In this document: positions 20,985 through 31,327 of the stretch, piece after piece
How the letters are laid out: the number at the start of each line of letters is the position of its first letter
Numbering within the stretch: the stretch's first letter is position 1
Assembly (NCBI GenBank): GCA_003551625.1
Contig: PUNC01000043.1
Span: forward strand, 11,027-75,026
Direction: 5' to 3'
DNA length: 64,000 nucleotides
Source: PVC group bacterium
Lineage (GTDB): Bacteria > Auribacterota > Erginobacteria > Erginobacterales > PUNC01
Position numbers and translations under genes: made by a program
Notes under the pieces: model-generated
Database searches by the model: none
Seen by the model: the letters and a program-made list of their open reading frames with translations, nothing else
Told to the model about the DNA's origin: nothing

Positions 20985-21113
20985 TCCCGGGACACTCTTC
21001 TTTCATCCGGTTTATTCACAATTTTAATTGTTCTTTTCGAAAATCTGTCGTTACGATCTTGAATCCCGGACCCCGCACTGATAGCATTCCGCGAAAAGAA
21101 CAAAGGAGATACT

Positions 21114-22832
21114 ATGCGCTGGAGCCGGACACTTATTCCCACCCTGAAAGAAGACCCGCAGGAGGCCGAGGTCGCCAGTCACCGGCTGCTTTTGAGGGCC
21201 GGTATGATCAGGAAACTGACCTCGGGGCTCTACACCTACCTTCCCCTGGGGCTGCGGGTTCTGCGCAAGGTTGAAGCAATCGTGCGCGAAGAGATGGATT
21301 CCGCCGGCGCCCGGGAGGTGAGGATGCCGATCCTCCAGCCGATGGAGCTCTGGGAGCGAAGCGGCCGCCGGGCGGTGATGGAAGAGATAATGCTGACCTC
21401 GCAATCCCGCCAGGGGCGGGAGATGGCGCTGGGGCCGACCCACGAAGAGGTGGTGACCGCCCTGGTGGCGGCTGAAGTCGGCTCCTACCGCCAGGTTCCG
21501 CTCAACCTCTACCAGATCGGCCCCAAGTTCCGCGACGAGATCCGCCCCCGCTTCGGCCTGGTCCGGTGCAAGGAATTCCTGATGAAGGACGCCTACAGCT
21601 TCGATTGCTCCGAGGCGGCGGCCGAGAAAAGCTACCGCCTGATCTTCGAGGCCTACCTGCGGATATTCTCGCGCTGCGGCCTGAAGGTGGAGACGGTGGA
21701 GGCCGACACCGGGGTGATGGGGGGTAGTCTCTCTCACGAGTTTATGGTTCCGGCCTCCTCCGGGGAGGACGGGATCGCCGCCTGTCCGTCCTGCGGCTAC
21801 GCCGCCAACCTGGAAAAGGCCCAGCTTCGCCCTCCCGAGCCGGCCGCTCCCACCGCCGAAGAACTTCAAACCGTCGAAACCCCGGGAATGAAGTCGGTGG
21901 CGGAGCTGACCTCTTTTCTTTCCGCCCCCCCGGAACGCTTCATCAAAACCCTGCTTTACCGGGCCGGCGCGGCGATCGTGGCGGTCCTGATCCGGGGCGA
22001 CCGCCAGGTCAATGAAAGCAAGCTCAAGCGGGCGCTGGCGGTCGAAGAGCCGGCCCTGGCCGGGGAGGAGGAGATCCGGAAGGTCACCGGCGCCCCGATG
22101 GGGTTCTCCGGGCCGGTGGGTTTGAAGGGGATAAGGCTCCTGGCCGATTACAGCGTGCTCACCATCGCCGACGGTATCACCGGGGCCAACCGGGAAGACC
22201 TCCATCTCCTCCACGTCAACCGGGAGCGCGATTTCAAGGTGGACGAATACGCCGACCTGGCGGTCGCCGCGGCGGGCGACGGTTGTTCCCGCTGCGCCGG
22301 CCGGTTGACCATCGGACGGGGGATCGAGGTCGGCCATACCTTCAAGCTCGGCGACAAGTACAGCCGGGCCCTGGGAGCGACGGTTACGGACGAAAAGGGA
22401 CGCGAGATCCCGCTGATTATGGGTTGCTACGGAATCGGGATCAGCCGGATGGTCGCGGCGGTGGTGGAGCAGAACCACGATTCGGCCGGGATCGTCTGGC
22501 CGCCGTCGGTCGCCCCCTACCAGGTGGCCCTGCTCGCTCTCAACCCGGACGAAGAGGTTTCCTCCCGGGCCGACGGGATCTATCGCGGGCTGGCCGCCGC
22601 GGGCCTGGAGGTTCTCTACGACGACCGCCCCGTCAGCGCGGGGATCAAGTTCAACGACGCCGACCTGGTCGGGCTGCCGATCCGGGTGGTGGTCGGGAAA
22701 AAATCGCTCCGGGCCGGCAAAGTGGAGCTTCGGGACCGGTCCGGCGGCGAGGTGGAAAGCGTCTCTCCCGACGACCTGCTTGAGTCGCTGCGCCGGCGGC
22801 TGGAAGTCCGGCCCGGGGACAACCTGAAATAG
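21114..22832 (+). CDS. proS: Prolyl-tRNA synthetase (bacterial type with INS editing domain)
   Basis: Class II motifs plus an inserted editing domain. 572 aa. Confidence 0.95.
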   Translation: MRWSRTLIPTLKEDPQEAEVASHRLLLRAGMIRKLTSGLYTYLPLGLRVLRKVEAIVREEMDSAGAREVRMPILQPMELWERSGRRAVMEEIMLTSQSRQGREMALGPTHEEVVTALVAAEVGSYRQVPLNLYQIGPKFRDEIRPRFGLVRCKEFLMKDAYSFDCSEAAAEKSYRLIFEAYLRIFSRCGLKVETVEADTGVMGGSLSHEFMVPASSGEDGIAACPSCGYAANLEKAQLRPPEPAAPTAEELQTVETPGMKSVAELTSFLSAPPERFIKTLLYRAGAAIVAVLIRGDRQVNESKLKRALAVEEPALAGEEEIRKVTGAPMGFSGPVGLKGIRLLADYSVLTIADGITGANREDLHLLHVNRERDFKVDEYADLAVAAAGDGCSRCAGRLTIGRGIEVGHTFKLGDKYSRALGATVTDEKGREIPLIMGCYGIGISRMVAAVVEQNHDSAGIVWPPSVAPYQVALLALNPDEEVSSRADGIYRGLAAAGLEVLYDDRPVSAGIKFNDADLVGLPIRVVVGKKSLRAGKVELRDRSGGEVESVSPDDLLESLRRRLEVRPGDNLK

Positions 22833-22843
22833 AGGGGAAGCCG

Positions 22844-23659
22844 ATGGGGTTCGCCGCCGACTTGTTTTCCGCCGGGAAGAAGTTCTGGATCGGGATGGTC
22901 CACCTGCCGCCGCTTCCCGGGAGCCCCGGTTACCGGGGTTCGATGAAGGAGATACTCCGGTCGGTTCGCTGCGACGGGGAAATCCTGCTCCAGGCGGGGG
23001 CGGCCGGCTTGATGATCGAGAATTTCGGGGATACCCCTTTCTTTCCGGACGCGGTTCCGCCGGAAACGGTGGCGGCCCTGGCCGTGGCCGCGGCCGAAGC
23101 GGCGAAGCTGTCTCCGCCGGCGCTGGGAATAAACGTTCTGCGCAACGACGCTCCGGCCGCGCTTGGGATCGCCGCCGCGGTCGGGGCTCGCTTCATCCGC
23201 TGCAATGTTCATACCGGCGCCGCCGTCACCGACCAGGGAATAATTTCGGGCCGGGCCGCCTGGACGGCGCGCAAGCGCTCCGAGCTGGGCCTGCGGGTCG
23301 AGATCTGGGCCGACGTGCTGGTCAAGCACGCCGCGCCCCTGGTGGAGGTCTCCCCGGAGGAGATCGCGCGGGATACCGCCCGGCGGGGGCGGGCCGACGT
23401 TCTCGTCGTCAGCGGCGCGGCCACCGGCCGGCCGCTCTCCCCGGAGCTCCTGGAACGGGTCGGAAAAGCGGTCCCCGAATGCCCGGTAGTGGCGGGAAGC
23501 GGGATCTCGGCCGGAAACCTTAAGGATTATTTCGGCCCCGCCGCCGGCTTCATCGTCGGAACTTCGCTCAAGCGGGGAGGGCGGACCACCGCCCCGGTAA
23601 GCCGGCGCCGGGCGGACGGCTTCGCCCGCGCCTGGGAAAAGCTTGCCGGCCGCGGGTGA
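22844..23659 (+). CDS. BtpA/SgcQ-family TIM-barrel protein
   Basis: GMVHLPPLPGSP motif characteristic of the BtpA family. 271 aa. Confidence 0.55.
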   Translation: MGFAADLFSAGKKFWIGMVHLPPLPGSPGYRGSMKEILRSVRCDGEILLQAGAAGLMIENFGDTPFFPDAVPPETVAALAVAAAEAAKLSPPALGINVLRNDAPAALGIAAAVGARFIRCNVHTGAAVTDQGIISGRAAWTARKRSELGLRVEIWADVLVKHAAPLVEVSPEEIARDTARRGRADVLVVSGAATGRPLSPELLERVGKAVPECPVVAGSGISAGNLKDYFGPAAGFIVGTSLKRGGRTTAPVSRRRADGFARAWEKLAGRG

Positions 23660-23665
23660 TCCGGT

Positions 23666-25825
23666 CTAAAAGAGGCTGAAACTCAAGATCAGCTCGGTGA
23701 AGACGATCGAGACCATCGCCATCAGCTTGAGCAGGATGTTGATGGCGGGTCCGGCGCTGTCCTTGAAGGGGTCTCCCACGGTATCGCCGATGACCGCGAT
23801 CTTGTGAGCCAGGGAACCCTTCCCGCCGAGGTTTCCGTCCTCGATGAACTTCTTGGCGTTGTCCCAGGCTCCCCCGGAGTTGGCCATCATAACCGCCAGG
23901 ACAAACCCCGAGACCAGGGCTCCCACCATCAGGCCGACCACGGCCTCGACGCCGGCCAGCAGCCCCATCAGGATCGGGGCCAGGACGGCCATCACGGCCG
24001 GGAGGACCATCTTCTGCTGGGCCACCTTGGTGGTGATCCGGACGCAGCGATAGTAGTCGGCCTTGGCCTCGCCTTCCAGCAGTCCCTTGATCTCCTTGAA
24101 CTGGCGCCGGACTTCGGCCGAGATCGATTCGGCCGCCCGGCCGACCGCGTCGAAGATCAGGGAGCAGAAGACGAAGGGCAGGGCTCCGCCGATCAGCAGC
24201 CCCACCAGCAGCCGCGGCTGGAGCAGGTCGAAGGAGATGGTGAACTCCGGCCGGAGGATCTGGACGCGGTTATGGAAGGCGACGATCAGAACCAGGGTGG
24301 TCAGGGCCGCCGACCCGATGGCGAAACCCTTGCCGGTGGCGGCGGTGGTGTTGCCCAGCGAGTCGAGCTGGTCGGTCCGCCGGCGCACCTCCTCTTCCAG
24401 GCCCGCCATCTGGGCGATCCCGCCCGCGTTGTCGGCCACCGGCCCGTAGGCGTCCGAGGCGAGCGTGGTGCCGAGCGTGGAAAGCAGGGCGACGCTGGCG
24501 ATTCCGATCCCGTACAGGCCGGCGGTGTAGTCGCTTCCGCCGCCGGAAAGGTAGAAGCTGCCGAGGATCGCCGCGCCGATCAGGATGACGGGAGCGGCGG
24601 TGGAGATCATTCCCAGCGAAAGTCCCCCGATCATCAGCGTCGCGGTGGAGACCTGGCTGCTCCGAGCGAGGTTCCGGGTGGGCCGGTAGGAAGCCGAGGT
24701 GAAGTATTCGGTGAAGATCCCCAGCAGGATCCCCGCTCCCAGGCCGACCAGGATGGTCAGCCACAGCCCCAGCCACTCGGAAGGAAAGACCTCCCGGGTG
24801 AGGAAGAAGGCGGCGATGATGATCAGGGCCGCCGTCACGTAGACTCCGCGCCTCAAGGCGAAAAGCAGGGCTTTCTGCGAATCCCGGGAGGTGCGGACGA
24901 AAAAGAACCCGATGATCGAGGCCAGGGCCCCGCATCCGCCCAGGAGCAGGGGCAGGGAGACCGCCCCCAGGTGATTGGCGAACTTGGCCGTCGCGCCCAG
25001 GGTCATAGTGGCGATGATCGACCCCAGGTAGGATTCGTAAAGGTCGGCCCCCATCCCGGCCACGTCCCCGACATTATCGCCGACCTGATCGGCGATGACG
25101 GCGGGATTGCGGGGATCGTCTTCGGGGATGCCGGCCTCGACCTTCCCCACCAGGTCGGCCCCCATATCGGCGGCCTTGGTGTAGATGCCCCCGCCGACGC
25201 GGGCGAAGAGCGCGTAGCTGGAAGCCCCCATCCCGAAACTGAGCATAACCGAGGTGATATGTTCAAGCTGGTCGGCGCCGTATATCCGCTGGAGGACGAA
25301 GAACCAGACCACGAGATAAAAAAGCGCCAGCCCCACCACCGCCAGCCCCATCACCGACCCGGCGGAGAAGGCCACCCGGAGCCCGGTGTTGAGGTGGAGG
25401 CGGGCGGCGTAGGCGGTACGAGAAGAGGAATGGGTGGCCATATACATCCCGATCCAGCCGCAGAGGGCGGAAAAAAGCCCCCCGGTCACGAAACCGAAGG
25501 GGACGAGCGAGTCCAGGAGATCGAAAACCGACATCACCGTCAGCACGACGAAGAGGGCGGCGAAGAAGATCCCCACGACCAGATATTGCTGCTTGAGATA
25601 GCTCTCCGCTCCTTCCTGAATGTAGGCGGAGATCGCCTTCATCCGGTCGGTTCCCATCGGCCGCCGGAAGATCCAGCGGGAGATCAGGTAACAAAATACC
25701 AGCGCCGCGACCGCGCTGAAGGCCGGCAATCCCAGGTAGAACATCATCTTGTCTCCATAAAAGTTTTTATTGTCTTTGGTGTTCCAAGCGCCAGTAACAA
25801 TAGTAATAAGCCCTAAATTTGTCAA
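23666..25825 (-). CDS. hppA: Membrane-bound H+/Na+-translocating pyrophosphatase
   Basis: 719 aa polytopic protein with V-PPase signatures (GIYTKAADMGADLVGKVE, DNVGDNVGDVAGMGADL). Confidence 0.9.
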   Translation of the reverse strand: MTNLGLITIVTGAWNTKDNKNFYGDKMMFYLGLPAFSAVAALVFCYLISRWIFRRPMGTDRMKAISAYIQEGAESYLKQQYLVVGIFFAALFVVLTVMSVFDLLDSLVPFGFVTGGLFSALCGWIGMYMATHSSSRTAYAARLHLNTGLRVAFSAGSVMGLAVVGLALFYLVVWFFVLQRIYGADQLEHITSVMLSFGMGASSYALFARVGGGIYTKAADMGADLVGKVEAGIPEDDPRNPAVIADQVGDNVGDVAGMGADLYESYLGSIIATMTLGATAKFANHLGAVSLPLLLGGCGALASIIGFFFVRTSRDSQKALLFALRRGVYVTAALIIIAAFFLTREVFPSEWLGLWLTILVGLGAGILLGIFTEYFTSASYRPTRNLARSSQVSTATLMIGGLSLGMISTAAPVILIGAAILGSFYLSGGGSDYTAGLYGIGIASVALLSTLGTTLASDAYGPVADNAGGIAQMAGLEEEVRRRTDQLDSLGNTTAATGKGFAIGSAALTTLVLIVAFHNRVQILRPEFTISFDLLQPRLLVGLLIGGALPFVFCSLIFDAVGRAAESISAEVRRQFKEIKGLLEGEAKADYYRCVRITTKVAQQKMVLPAVMAVLAPILMGLLAGVEAVVGLMVGALVSGFVLAVMMANSGGAWDNAKKFIEDGNLGGKGSLAHKIAVIGDTVGDPFKDSAGPAINILLKLMAMVSIVFTELILSFSLF

Positions 25826-25958
25826 CCGATCTTAAGGCGGGTTTCCGCTTCGCGCCCCACCGTGGAGAGCCGGGCGAACGTCCGGCCGGTTTTGATTTTT
25901 ATCTTCCACCTGTGGCGCGAGCGAAAGAGCTAAACTTGCCCTTCGAGCGAAAAGGGGC

Positions 25959-25987
25959 TTGACTGCGCCGTTTCCCTGTCATATCTT
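25959..25987 (+). promoter_or_regulatory. Candidate sigma70 promoter of the nusA operon (TTGACT-N17-TATCTT)
   Basis: Motif read in the sequence, about 185 nt upstream of the nusA ATG. Confidence 0.4.
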
Positions 25988-26032
25988 ATGTTGATGTTGG
26001 TTATTCGGCCGTCTCTTACCTGAAGAGTGGGT

Positions 26033-26064
26033 GGATTTGCCCACTCTTTTGCTTGGGGCCGAGA
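26033..26064 (+). terminator. Terminator/attenuator-like hairpin in the nusA leader (9-bp stem aagagtggg/cccactctt followed by a T-rich run)
   Basis: Perfect inverted repeat 26033-26041 / 26050-26058, then ttttgctt. Confidence 0.45.
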
Positions 26065-26144
26065 ACGCCGATGGCGGCGGTCGGCGGCTTCGGAGACGGC
26101 GGAACAGATATAAACTCCGGTCGAACCGGAATGAACCGATACCG

Positions 26145-27383
26145 ATGAACGCCGATCTGATAGCCTGGCTGGAGTATATGGAAAGAGACAAGGGGATCGA
26201 TCGTCAGATCCTGCTCGAGGTGATCGAGTCCAGCCTGCTCTCCGCGGCCAAAAAAAGCCTCGGCCCCGCCCGCGAGCTCGAGGTCTCCATAAATCCCAAG
26301 ACCGGGGAGATAAAGGCTTTCTCCACACTGATCGTGGCCGAAAAGGTCACCAATCCCCACGACGAGATCTCGCTCGAAGAGGCCCGCGGGATCCAGCCCG
26401 ACGTGAAAGCGGGCGATGAGGTGCGCAAGGAGGTGACCCCGAAAAATTTCGGCCGGATCGCGGCCCAGGCCGCCCGGAACCAGGTGATTCAAAAGGTCCG
26501 GGAAGCGGAGAAGGACGTGGTTCTGGCCGAGTTTAAGGAAAGGGTGGGGGAGCTGGTCACCGGGGTCATCCGCCGGAAGGAGGGCGGGAACGTCTTCCTG
26601 GAACTGGGGCGGACCGAGGGTCTGCTTCCTCAGCGGGAACAGAGCCCGTTCGAGGAATACCGGCTGGGGGCGCGGCTGCGCGCGATGGTTTTGGAAGCCA
26701 GGGAGCAGGCCCGGGGGCCGCAGGTGATCCTTTCCCGGAGCCACCCCAATTTCGTTCGCCGGCTTTTCGAGTTGGAAGTGCCGGAGATCGACGAGGGCGT
26801 GGTGGAGATCAAGGGGATAGTCCGGGAGGCCGGCTACCGGACCAAGATCGCGGTCTTTTCAACCGTTGACAAGGTTGACAGCGTGGGCGCCTGCGTCGGT
26901 CTCCGCGGCAGCCGGGTCAAGAACATCGTCCGTGAACTCGGCGGCGAGAAGATCGATATCGTACCCTGGAGTCCGGATCCCGAACAGTTCATCATCAATT
27001 CCCTGGGCCCGGCCAAGCTCAAGCAGGTCATTCTTAACGAGGAGACCCGGACCGCGGAGGTGGTGGTGGATGAAGACCAGCTTTCCCTGGCCATCGGAAA
27101 GAAGGGGCAGAACGTCCGTCTTTCTTCCCGGCTGACCGACTGGAAACTGGAGATCCTCCGGGAGGGCGACGTGATGAGGGGATTGCGGGCGGCCAAGCAG
27201 TCCCTGTCCAGCCTTCCCGGGCTGGACGCCGAGATCGCCCAGAAACTGGTCGAGGCCGGGTATACCGATCTGGAGGGAATCGCCATCGCCGAGGTCTCGG
27301 ATCTGGCCGAGATCGAGGGAATGGACGAGGAGACCGCCCGCGAGATCATCACCGCGGCCAAGAAGTCGAAGCAGGAAGAATGA
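26145..27383 (+). CDS. nusA: Transcription termination/antitermination factor NusA
   Basis: Internal ATG at 26145 (MNADLIAWLEYMERDKGIDRQ...). S1 and KH domains. Overlaps infB start (ATGA). Confidence 0.9.
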   Translation: MNADLIAWLEYMERDKGIDRQILLEVIESSLLSAAKKSLGPARELEVSINPKTGEIKAFSTLIVAEKVTNPHDEISLEEARGIQPDVKAGDEVRKEVTPKNFGRIAAQAARNQVIQKVREAEKDVVLAEFKERVGELVTGVIRRKEGGNVFLELGRTEGLLPQREQSPFEEYRLGARLRAMVLEAREQARGPQVILSRSHPNFVRRLFELEVPEIDEGVVEIKGIVREAGYRTKIAVFSTVDKVDSVGACVGLRGSRVKNIVRELGGEKIDIVPWSPDPEQFIINSLGPAKLKQVILNEETRTAEVVVDEDQLSLAIGKKGQNVRLSSRLTDWKLEILREGDVMRGLRAAKQSLSSLPGLDAEIAQKLVEAGYTDLEGIAIAEVSDLAEIEGMDEETAREIITAAKKSKQEE

Positions 27384-29395
27384 GGGTTTACGAATTAGCC
27401 AAGCAAGCCGGACTTTCCAGCAAGGAACTGCTGGAAGTCGTCCGGGGTTTGGGAATCGAGGTCAAGAGCCACTCCTCCTCGCTTACCCCGGAACAGGCCG
27501 AGGCGGTCAAGGCCCAGCTGGGGCGGGCCGCGGAGAAAGGGGCGGCCGTGGACGAAGCGGACGTTTCGGAGAAGAAGCCGTCGGTTTCGGAAACCGCCGC
27601 CGTCGAAGACGGCGGGCCCGCCGCGGAAGCGCCTGCCCGGAAAGAAGTCACGGTCAAGTTTCCGATCACCGTCCGGCAACTGGCGGCGGTCCTGAAGGAA
27701 AAGCCCAATATCCTGATCAAGTCCCTCCTGGAAGACGGAATCTTCGCCTCTCTCAACCAGTTCCTGGATGAGCCGACCGCGATCGCCCTGGCGGCCGAAC
27801 GGGGATTCGATCTCCGTCCCCAGGTGGAACGGCCCGCTCCGGATCTCCAGCCCGAGGCGCCGCCGCCCCCCCCGCCCCGGGAGAAGGCGCCCGAAGCCCG
27901 GCCCCGCTCGCCGGTGGTAACCCTTATGGGACACATCGACCACGGCAAGACCTCGATTCTCGACTCCGTCCGCCGCTCCCGGATCACCGCCAAGGAAGCC
28001 GGCGGAATCACCCAGCATATCGGCGCCTACCAGGTGTCGACCCGTCACGGTAAGGTTGTTTTCCTGGATACCCCGGGTCACGAAGCCTTCACCACTATGC
28101 GCTCCCGAGGAGCCCGGGTCACCGATTTCGTTATTCTGGTGGTGGCCGCCGACGAGGGGCTTATGCCCCAGACCCTGGAAGCCATCGACCACGCCCGGGC
28201 CGCCGGCGTTCCGGTCCTGGTGGCGATCAACAAGATGGACAAGGCGGCGGCCGCGCCCGACCGCGTGCGCCGGCAGTTGGCCGAGAAGGGGCTGGTTCCC
28301 GAGTCGCTGGGCGGGGAGACGGTCTGTTGCGAGGTTTCCGCCCAGACCAAACAGGGGCTGGAAGAGCTGCTGGAGATGATCTCGCTGCAGGCCGAACTGC
28401 TCGAACTCAAAGCGCCGGCCGAAGGGGAGGCCCGGGGAGCGGTGATCGAGGCCCGGCTGACTTCCGAGCGCGGTCCCGTCGCCACCCTGCTGGTCCAGTC
28501 CGGGCGCCTCCGCCGCGGCGATTACCTGGTCTGCGGCGAGTTTCCCGGGAAGGTGAAAGCCATGTTCGACGACCGGGGCAAAGCCGTGGCCGAGGCCGGA
28601 CCTTCCACTCCGGTGGAGGTCCTGGGCATCCAGGGGGTTCCCCGGGCGGGTTCTTCCTTTTGGGCGGTGGCCACCGAGGCGGAAGCCCGTCGCGCCGCCG
28701 AGGAGAAGAAGCCCTCGCCGGCGCCGGTGGAGGCCGCCGCCGCTCCCCAGGTGAGCCTGGAGGATTTTCTGGAAAAACTATCCGAAGAGGAGAAGAAGGA
28801 GCTGCGGCTGGTGGTGAAAGCCGACGTTCAGGGGTCGCTGGAAGCGGTCAGCCAGTCGTTGGAGAGGCTGGCCGACCGGGAGGTCGGGCTGAACATAATA
28901 CACTCCGGCGTGGGGGCCGTCACCGAGTCCGACGTGATGCTGGCGTCGGCTTCCCGGGCGGTGGTGATCGCCTTCAATGTTTCGGTTCCCTCCCAGGTTT
29001 CGGCCCAGGCCCGCAAGGAGGGGGTGGAGATCCGGGAATACAAGATCATCTACCAGGTGGTTGAGGATATCGATAAGGCGCTGAAAGGGATGCTGGAACC
29101 GGTCGTGGTGGAGGTCTCCACCGGCCGGGCGGTGGTCAAGGAAACCTTCAAGATCTCCCGCCGGGGCGTGATCGCCGGCTGCCTGCTCGAACAGGGAAAG
29201 ATCCGGGACGGCTCCCTGGTCAAGGTCGTTCGCGAGGGAGAAACGGTTGCCCGGGACAAGATCGTCTCCCTGCGGCGTTTCAAGGACGCCGTCCGGGAAG
29301 TCTCGGCGGGTCAGGAATGCGGGATCGGCCTGGCCAATTTCCACGGATTTTCTCCCGGCGACGTGATCGAAGCCTTCGAGACCAGGGAAGGATAA
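27380..29395 (+). CDS. infB: Translation initiation factor IF-2
   Basis: G-domain motifs GHIDHGKTS, DTPGH, NKMD. 671 aa. Confidence 0.95.
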   Translation: MRVYELAKQAGLSSKELLEVVRGLGIEVKSHSSSLTPEQAEAVKAQLGRAAEKGAAVDEADVSEKKPSVSETAAVEDGGPAAEAPARKEVTVKFPITVRQLAAVLKEKPNILIKSLLEDGIFASLNQFLDEPTAIALAAERGFDLRPQVERPAPDLQPEAPPPPPPREKAPEARPRSPVVTLMGHIDHGKTSILDSVRRSRITAKEAGGITQHIGAYQVSTRHGKVVFLDTPGHEAFTTMRSRGARVTDFVILVVAADEGLMPQTLEAIDHARAAGVPVLVAINKMDKAAAAPDRVRRQLAEKGLVPESLGGETVCCEVSAQTKQGLEELLEMISLQAELLELKAPAEGEARGAVIEARLTSERGPVATLLVQSGRLRRGDYLVCGEFPGKVKAMFDDRGKAVAEAGPSTPVEVLGIQGVPRAGSSFWAVATEAEARRAAEEKKPSPAPVEAAAAPQVSLEDFLEKLSEEEKKELRLVVKADVQGSLEAVSQSLERLADREVGLNIIHSGVGAVTESDVMLASASRAVVIAFNVSVPSQVSAQARKEGVEIREYKIIYQVVEDIDKALKGMLEPVVVEVSTGRAVVKETFKISRRGVIAGCLLEQGKIRDGSLVKVVREGETVARDKIVSLRRFKDAVREVSAGQECGIGLANFHGFSPGDVIEAFETREG

Positions 29396-29531
29396 ATTCA
29401 GCCTTTCCAACTGCCGCGGCGCAGGGAAAAACAGGTAAAGGGACGCGCTCCCGCGCGTCTAAATTTACGGCCCCGACGGAGCGTGGTCCTCGAATTTAAA
29501 AATCCTACCATTCCGGATTGGAACCGGCCGT

Positions 29532-29819
29532 TTGGCAATGGTTATCGGCGTTCTTGAGTTCGACCTGGCAATTCCCGGAAACCACTCCCTCAAGGGGAAG
29601 CGGTCGGTCCTGAAAAGTTTTCTGGCCCGCACCAGGAACTCTTTCAACGTTTCCGTCGCCGAGGTCGACTTCCAGGAGCTGAGAAACCGGGCCCGGGTGG
29701 CGGTGACCGTTGTCGGCAGCGACCGCCGTCGGGTCGACAGCATCCTCTCCCGGGTGGTGGAGTTCACGCGGGCTTTCAACGGGATGACGGTCCTGGATCA
29801 CTTTCAGCATCTGCTCTGA
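29532..29819 (+). CDS. DUF503 (YlxP-like) protein
   Basis: 95 aa. Conserved position between infB and rbfA. MVIGVLEFDLAIPGNHSLKGKR motif. Confidence 0.7.
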   Translation: MAMVIGVLEFDLAIPGNHSLKGKRSVLKSFLARTRNSFNVSVAEVDFQELRNRARVAVTVVGSDRRRVDSILSRVVEFTRAFNGMTVLDHFQHLL

Positions 29820-30193
29820 TGAAGACTAGAAGACAGTTGAGGATGGAGGAGCGGGTCAAAAGGCTGCTCGGCGAGCTTCTCCGCGACGGAATCCGGGATC
29901 CCCGGGTGGGCCTGATCAGCGTGATGGGGGTCGAGCTTACCGCCGACCTCAAGCAGGCCCGGGTCTACGTGAGCGTTCTGGGCGGCCAGGCCGACGACCG
30001 GGAGGTTCTGGAGGGGCTGGACGGCGCCCGGGGTTGGCTGCAGCGCGAACTCGGCGCCGGGCTGGGCAGCCGCTACACCCCGGTGCTGAAGTTTTTCATC
30101 GATCACAGTATCGTTCAGCAGGCGCGGATAAGCGGTATCCTGGAAGATTTAAGGGAGAAGGGCGACTGGTCCCCGGATGAAGACGAAGATTAA
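29819..30193 (+). CDS. rbfA: Ribosome-binding factor A
   Basis: 124 aa KH-like RbfA fold sequence (RVKRLLGELLRDGIRDPRVGLISVMGVELTADLKQARVYVSVLG). Confidence 0.85.
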   Translation: MKTRRQLRMEERVKRLLGELLRDGIRDPRVGLISVMGVELTADLKQARVYVSVLGGQADDREVLEGLDGARGWLQRELGAGLGSRYTPVLKFFIDHSIVQQARISGILEDLREKGDWSPDEDED

Positions 30194-31181
30194 ACCACCC
30201 CCCGGCCTGGCGCCGGCCCTGCGGGAAGTGGACCGGGTGGTGATTCTTTCCCACGAACGGCCCGACGGCGATTCCATCGGGTCGCAGCTTGCCCTGGCTT
30301 CTGCCCTTAAAACGAGCCGCCGCAGAGTCGCGATCGTTAATCCCGACCCGGTCCCGGAACGGTTCCGTTTCCTTCCCGGCGCCGACCGGATTCTCACCCC
30401 CGACCGTCCCCTGCCGTTTGCCCCCGCGGCCGCCGTTATTATCGACAGTCCCCTGCTGGCCAGGCTGGGGAAAGCCCGTCCCGTCGCCGACGCGGCCGCC
30501 GTCAAGTTCAATATCGACCACCACGTCTCCAATACCCGGTACGGGGATTACAACTGGGTGGATACCGGGCTGTCCTCGGTGGGGGAGATGATTTATCATC
30601 TGTTGCCGTCACTGGGCGTGAAGTTGACCCGGCCGATCGCGCTCTGCCTTTACGTGGCGCTTTTGACCGATATGGGGAAATTCCAGTTTATGGTCACCCC
30701 GTCGTCCGGCGCCCGTGTCTTGAGGCTGGCGGCGGAACTGGTCTCCGCCGGCCTGGTCCCCTACGAGATTTACAAGCGGGTTTACAACCATTCCGCCTCG
30801 GAACTGGTTCTTCTTCGGAGGGTCTTGAGGACCCTCGGTTTCTCCGCTTCGGGGAGAATCGCCTACCTGGATGTCAGAAAAAGAACGCTTCGCGGTTTCC
30901 GGGCCGGCGACTCCGAGCTGGAGGGGTTGATCGCCTACCCGCGCGATATCCGGGGGGTTCTGGTGGCGCTGACTTTCGCCGAGCGGAGCGGCGCGGTGAA
31001 AGTCTCCTTCCGCTCCAAGGAGCCGGGCCGGATCGACGTCAACCGGATCGCCTCCGCCTTCGGCGGCGGAGGGCATCCCGCCGCCGCCGGCGCCCTGATC
31101 GCCGGCGATCTGGAGTCCGTCCGCGCCCGGATCCTGAAAGCGGTAAAAAAAGAACTGGTCGCCGCGGAAAAGTCGAAATAA
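30177..31181 (+). CDS. nrnA: DHH-family phosphoesterase, NrnA-like (oligoribonuclease / pAp phosphatase)
   Basis: DHH motifs HERPDGDSIGS and DHH (FNIDHHVSN), plus a DHHA1-like C-terminal GGGGH motif. Confidence 0.75.
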   Translation: MKTKIKPPPGLAPALREVDRVVILSHERPDGDSIGSQLALASALKTSRRRVAIVNPDPVPERFRFLPGADRILTPDRPLPFAPAAAVIIDSPLLARLGKARPVADAAAVKFNIDHHVSNTRYGDYNWVDTGLSSVGEMIYHLLPSLGVKLTRPIALCLYVALLTDMGKFQFMVTPSSGARVLRLAAELVSAGLVPYEIYKRVYNHSASELVLLRRVLRTLGFSASGRIAYLDVRKRTLRGFRAGDSELEGLIAYPRDIRGVLVALTFAERSGAVKVSFRSKEPGRIDVNRIASAFGGGGHPAAAGALIAGDLESVRARILKAVKKELVAAEKSK

Positions 31182-31327
31182 GGATTGGTCCGGAATGCTA
31201 AAAACTTCCCCCCCTCCCACAGGAGACGAGGCTTTCGCCTCGCACTCCGGAATAGGGCGAAGGGAACTGTGGGTCTTCAATTAAGGCATAGCCGGTCTGA
31301 AATCCGCAATCCGGAATCTTTTTCTCT

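Noticed and set aside
20985-21113. T-box leader upstream of proS
   Set aside because: There is no specifier-loop/T-box consensus; the region is a short AT-rich promoter-like spacer.
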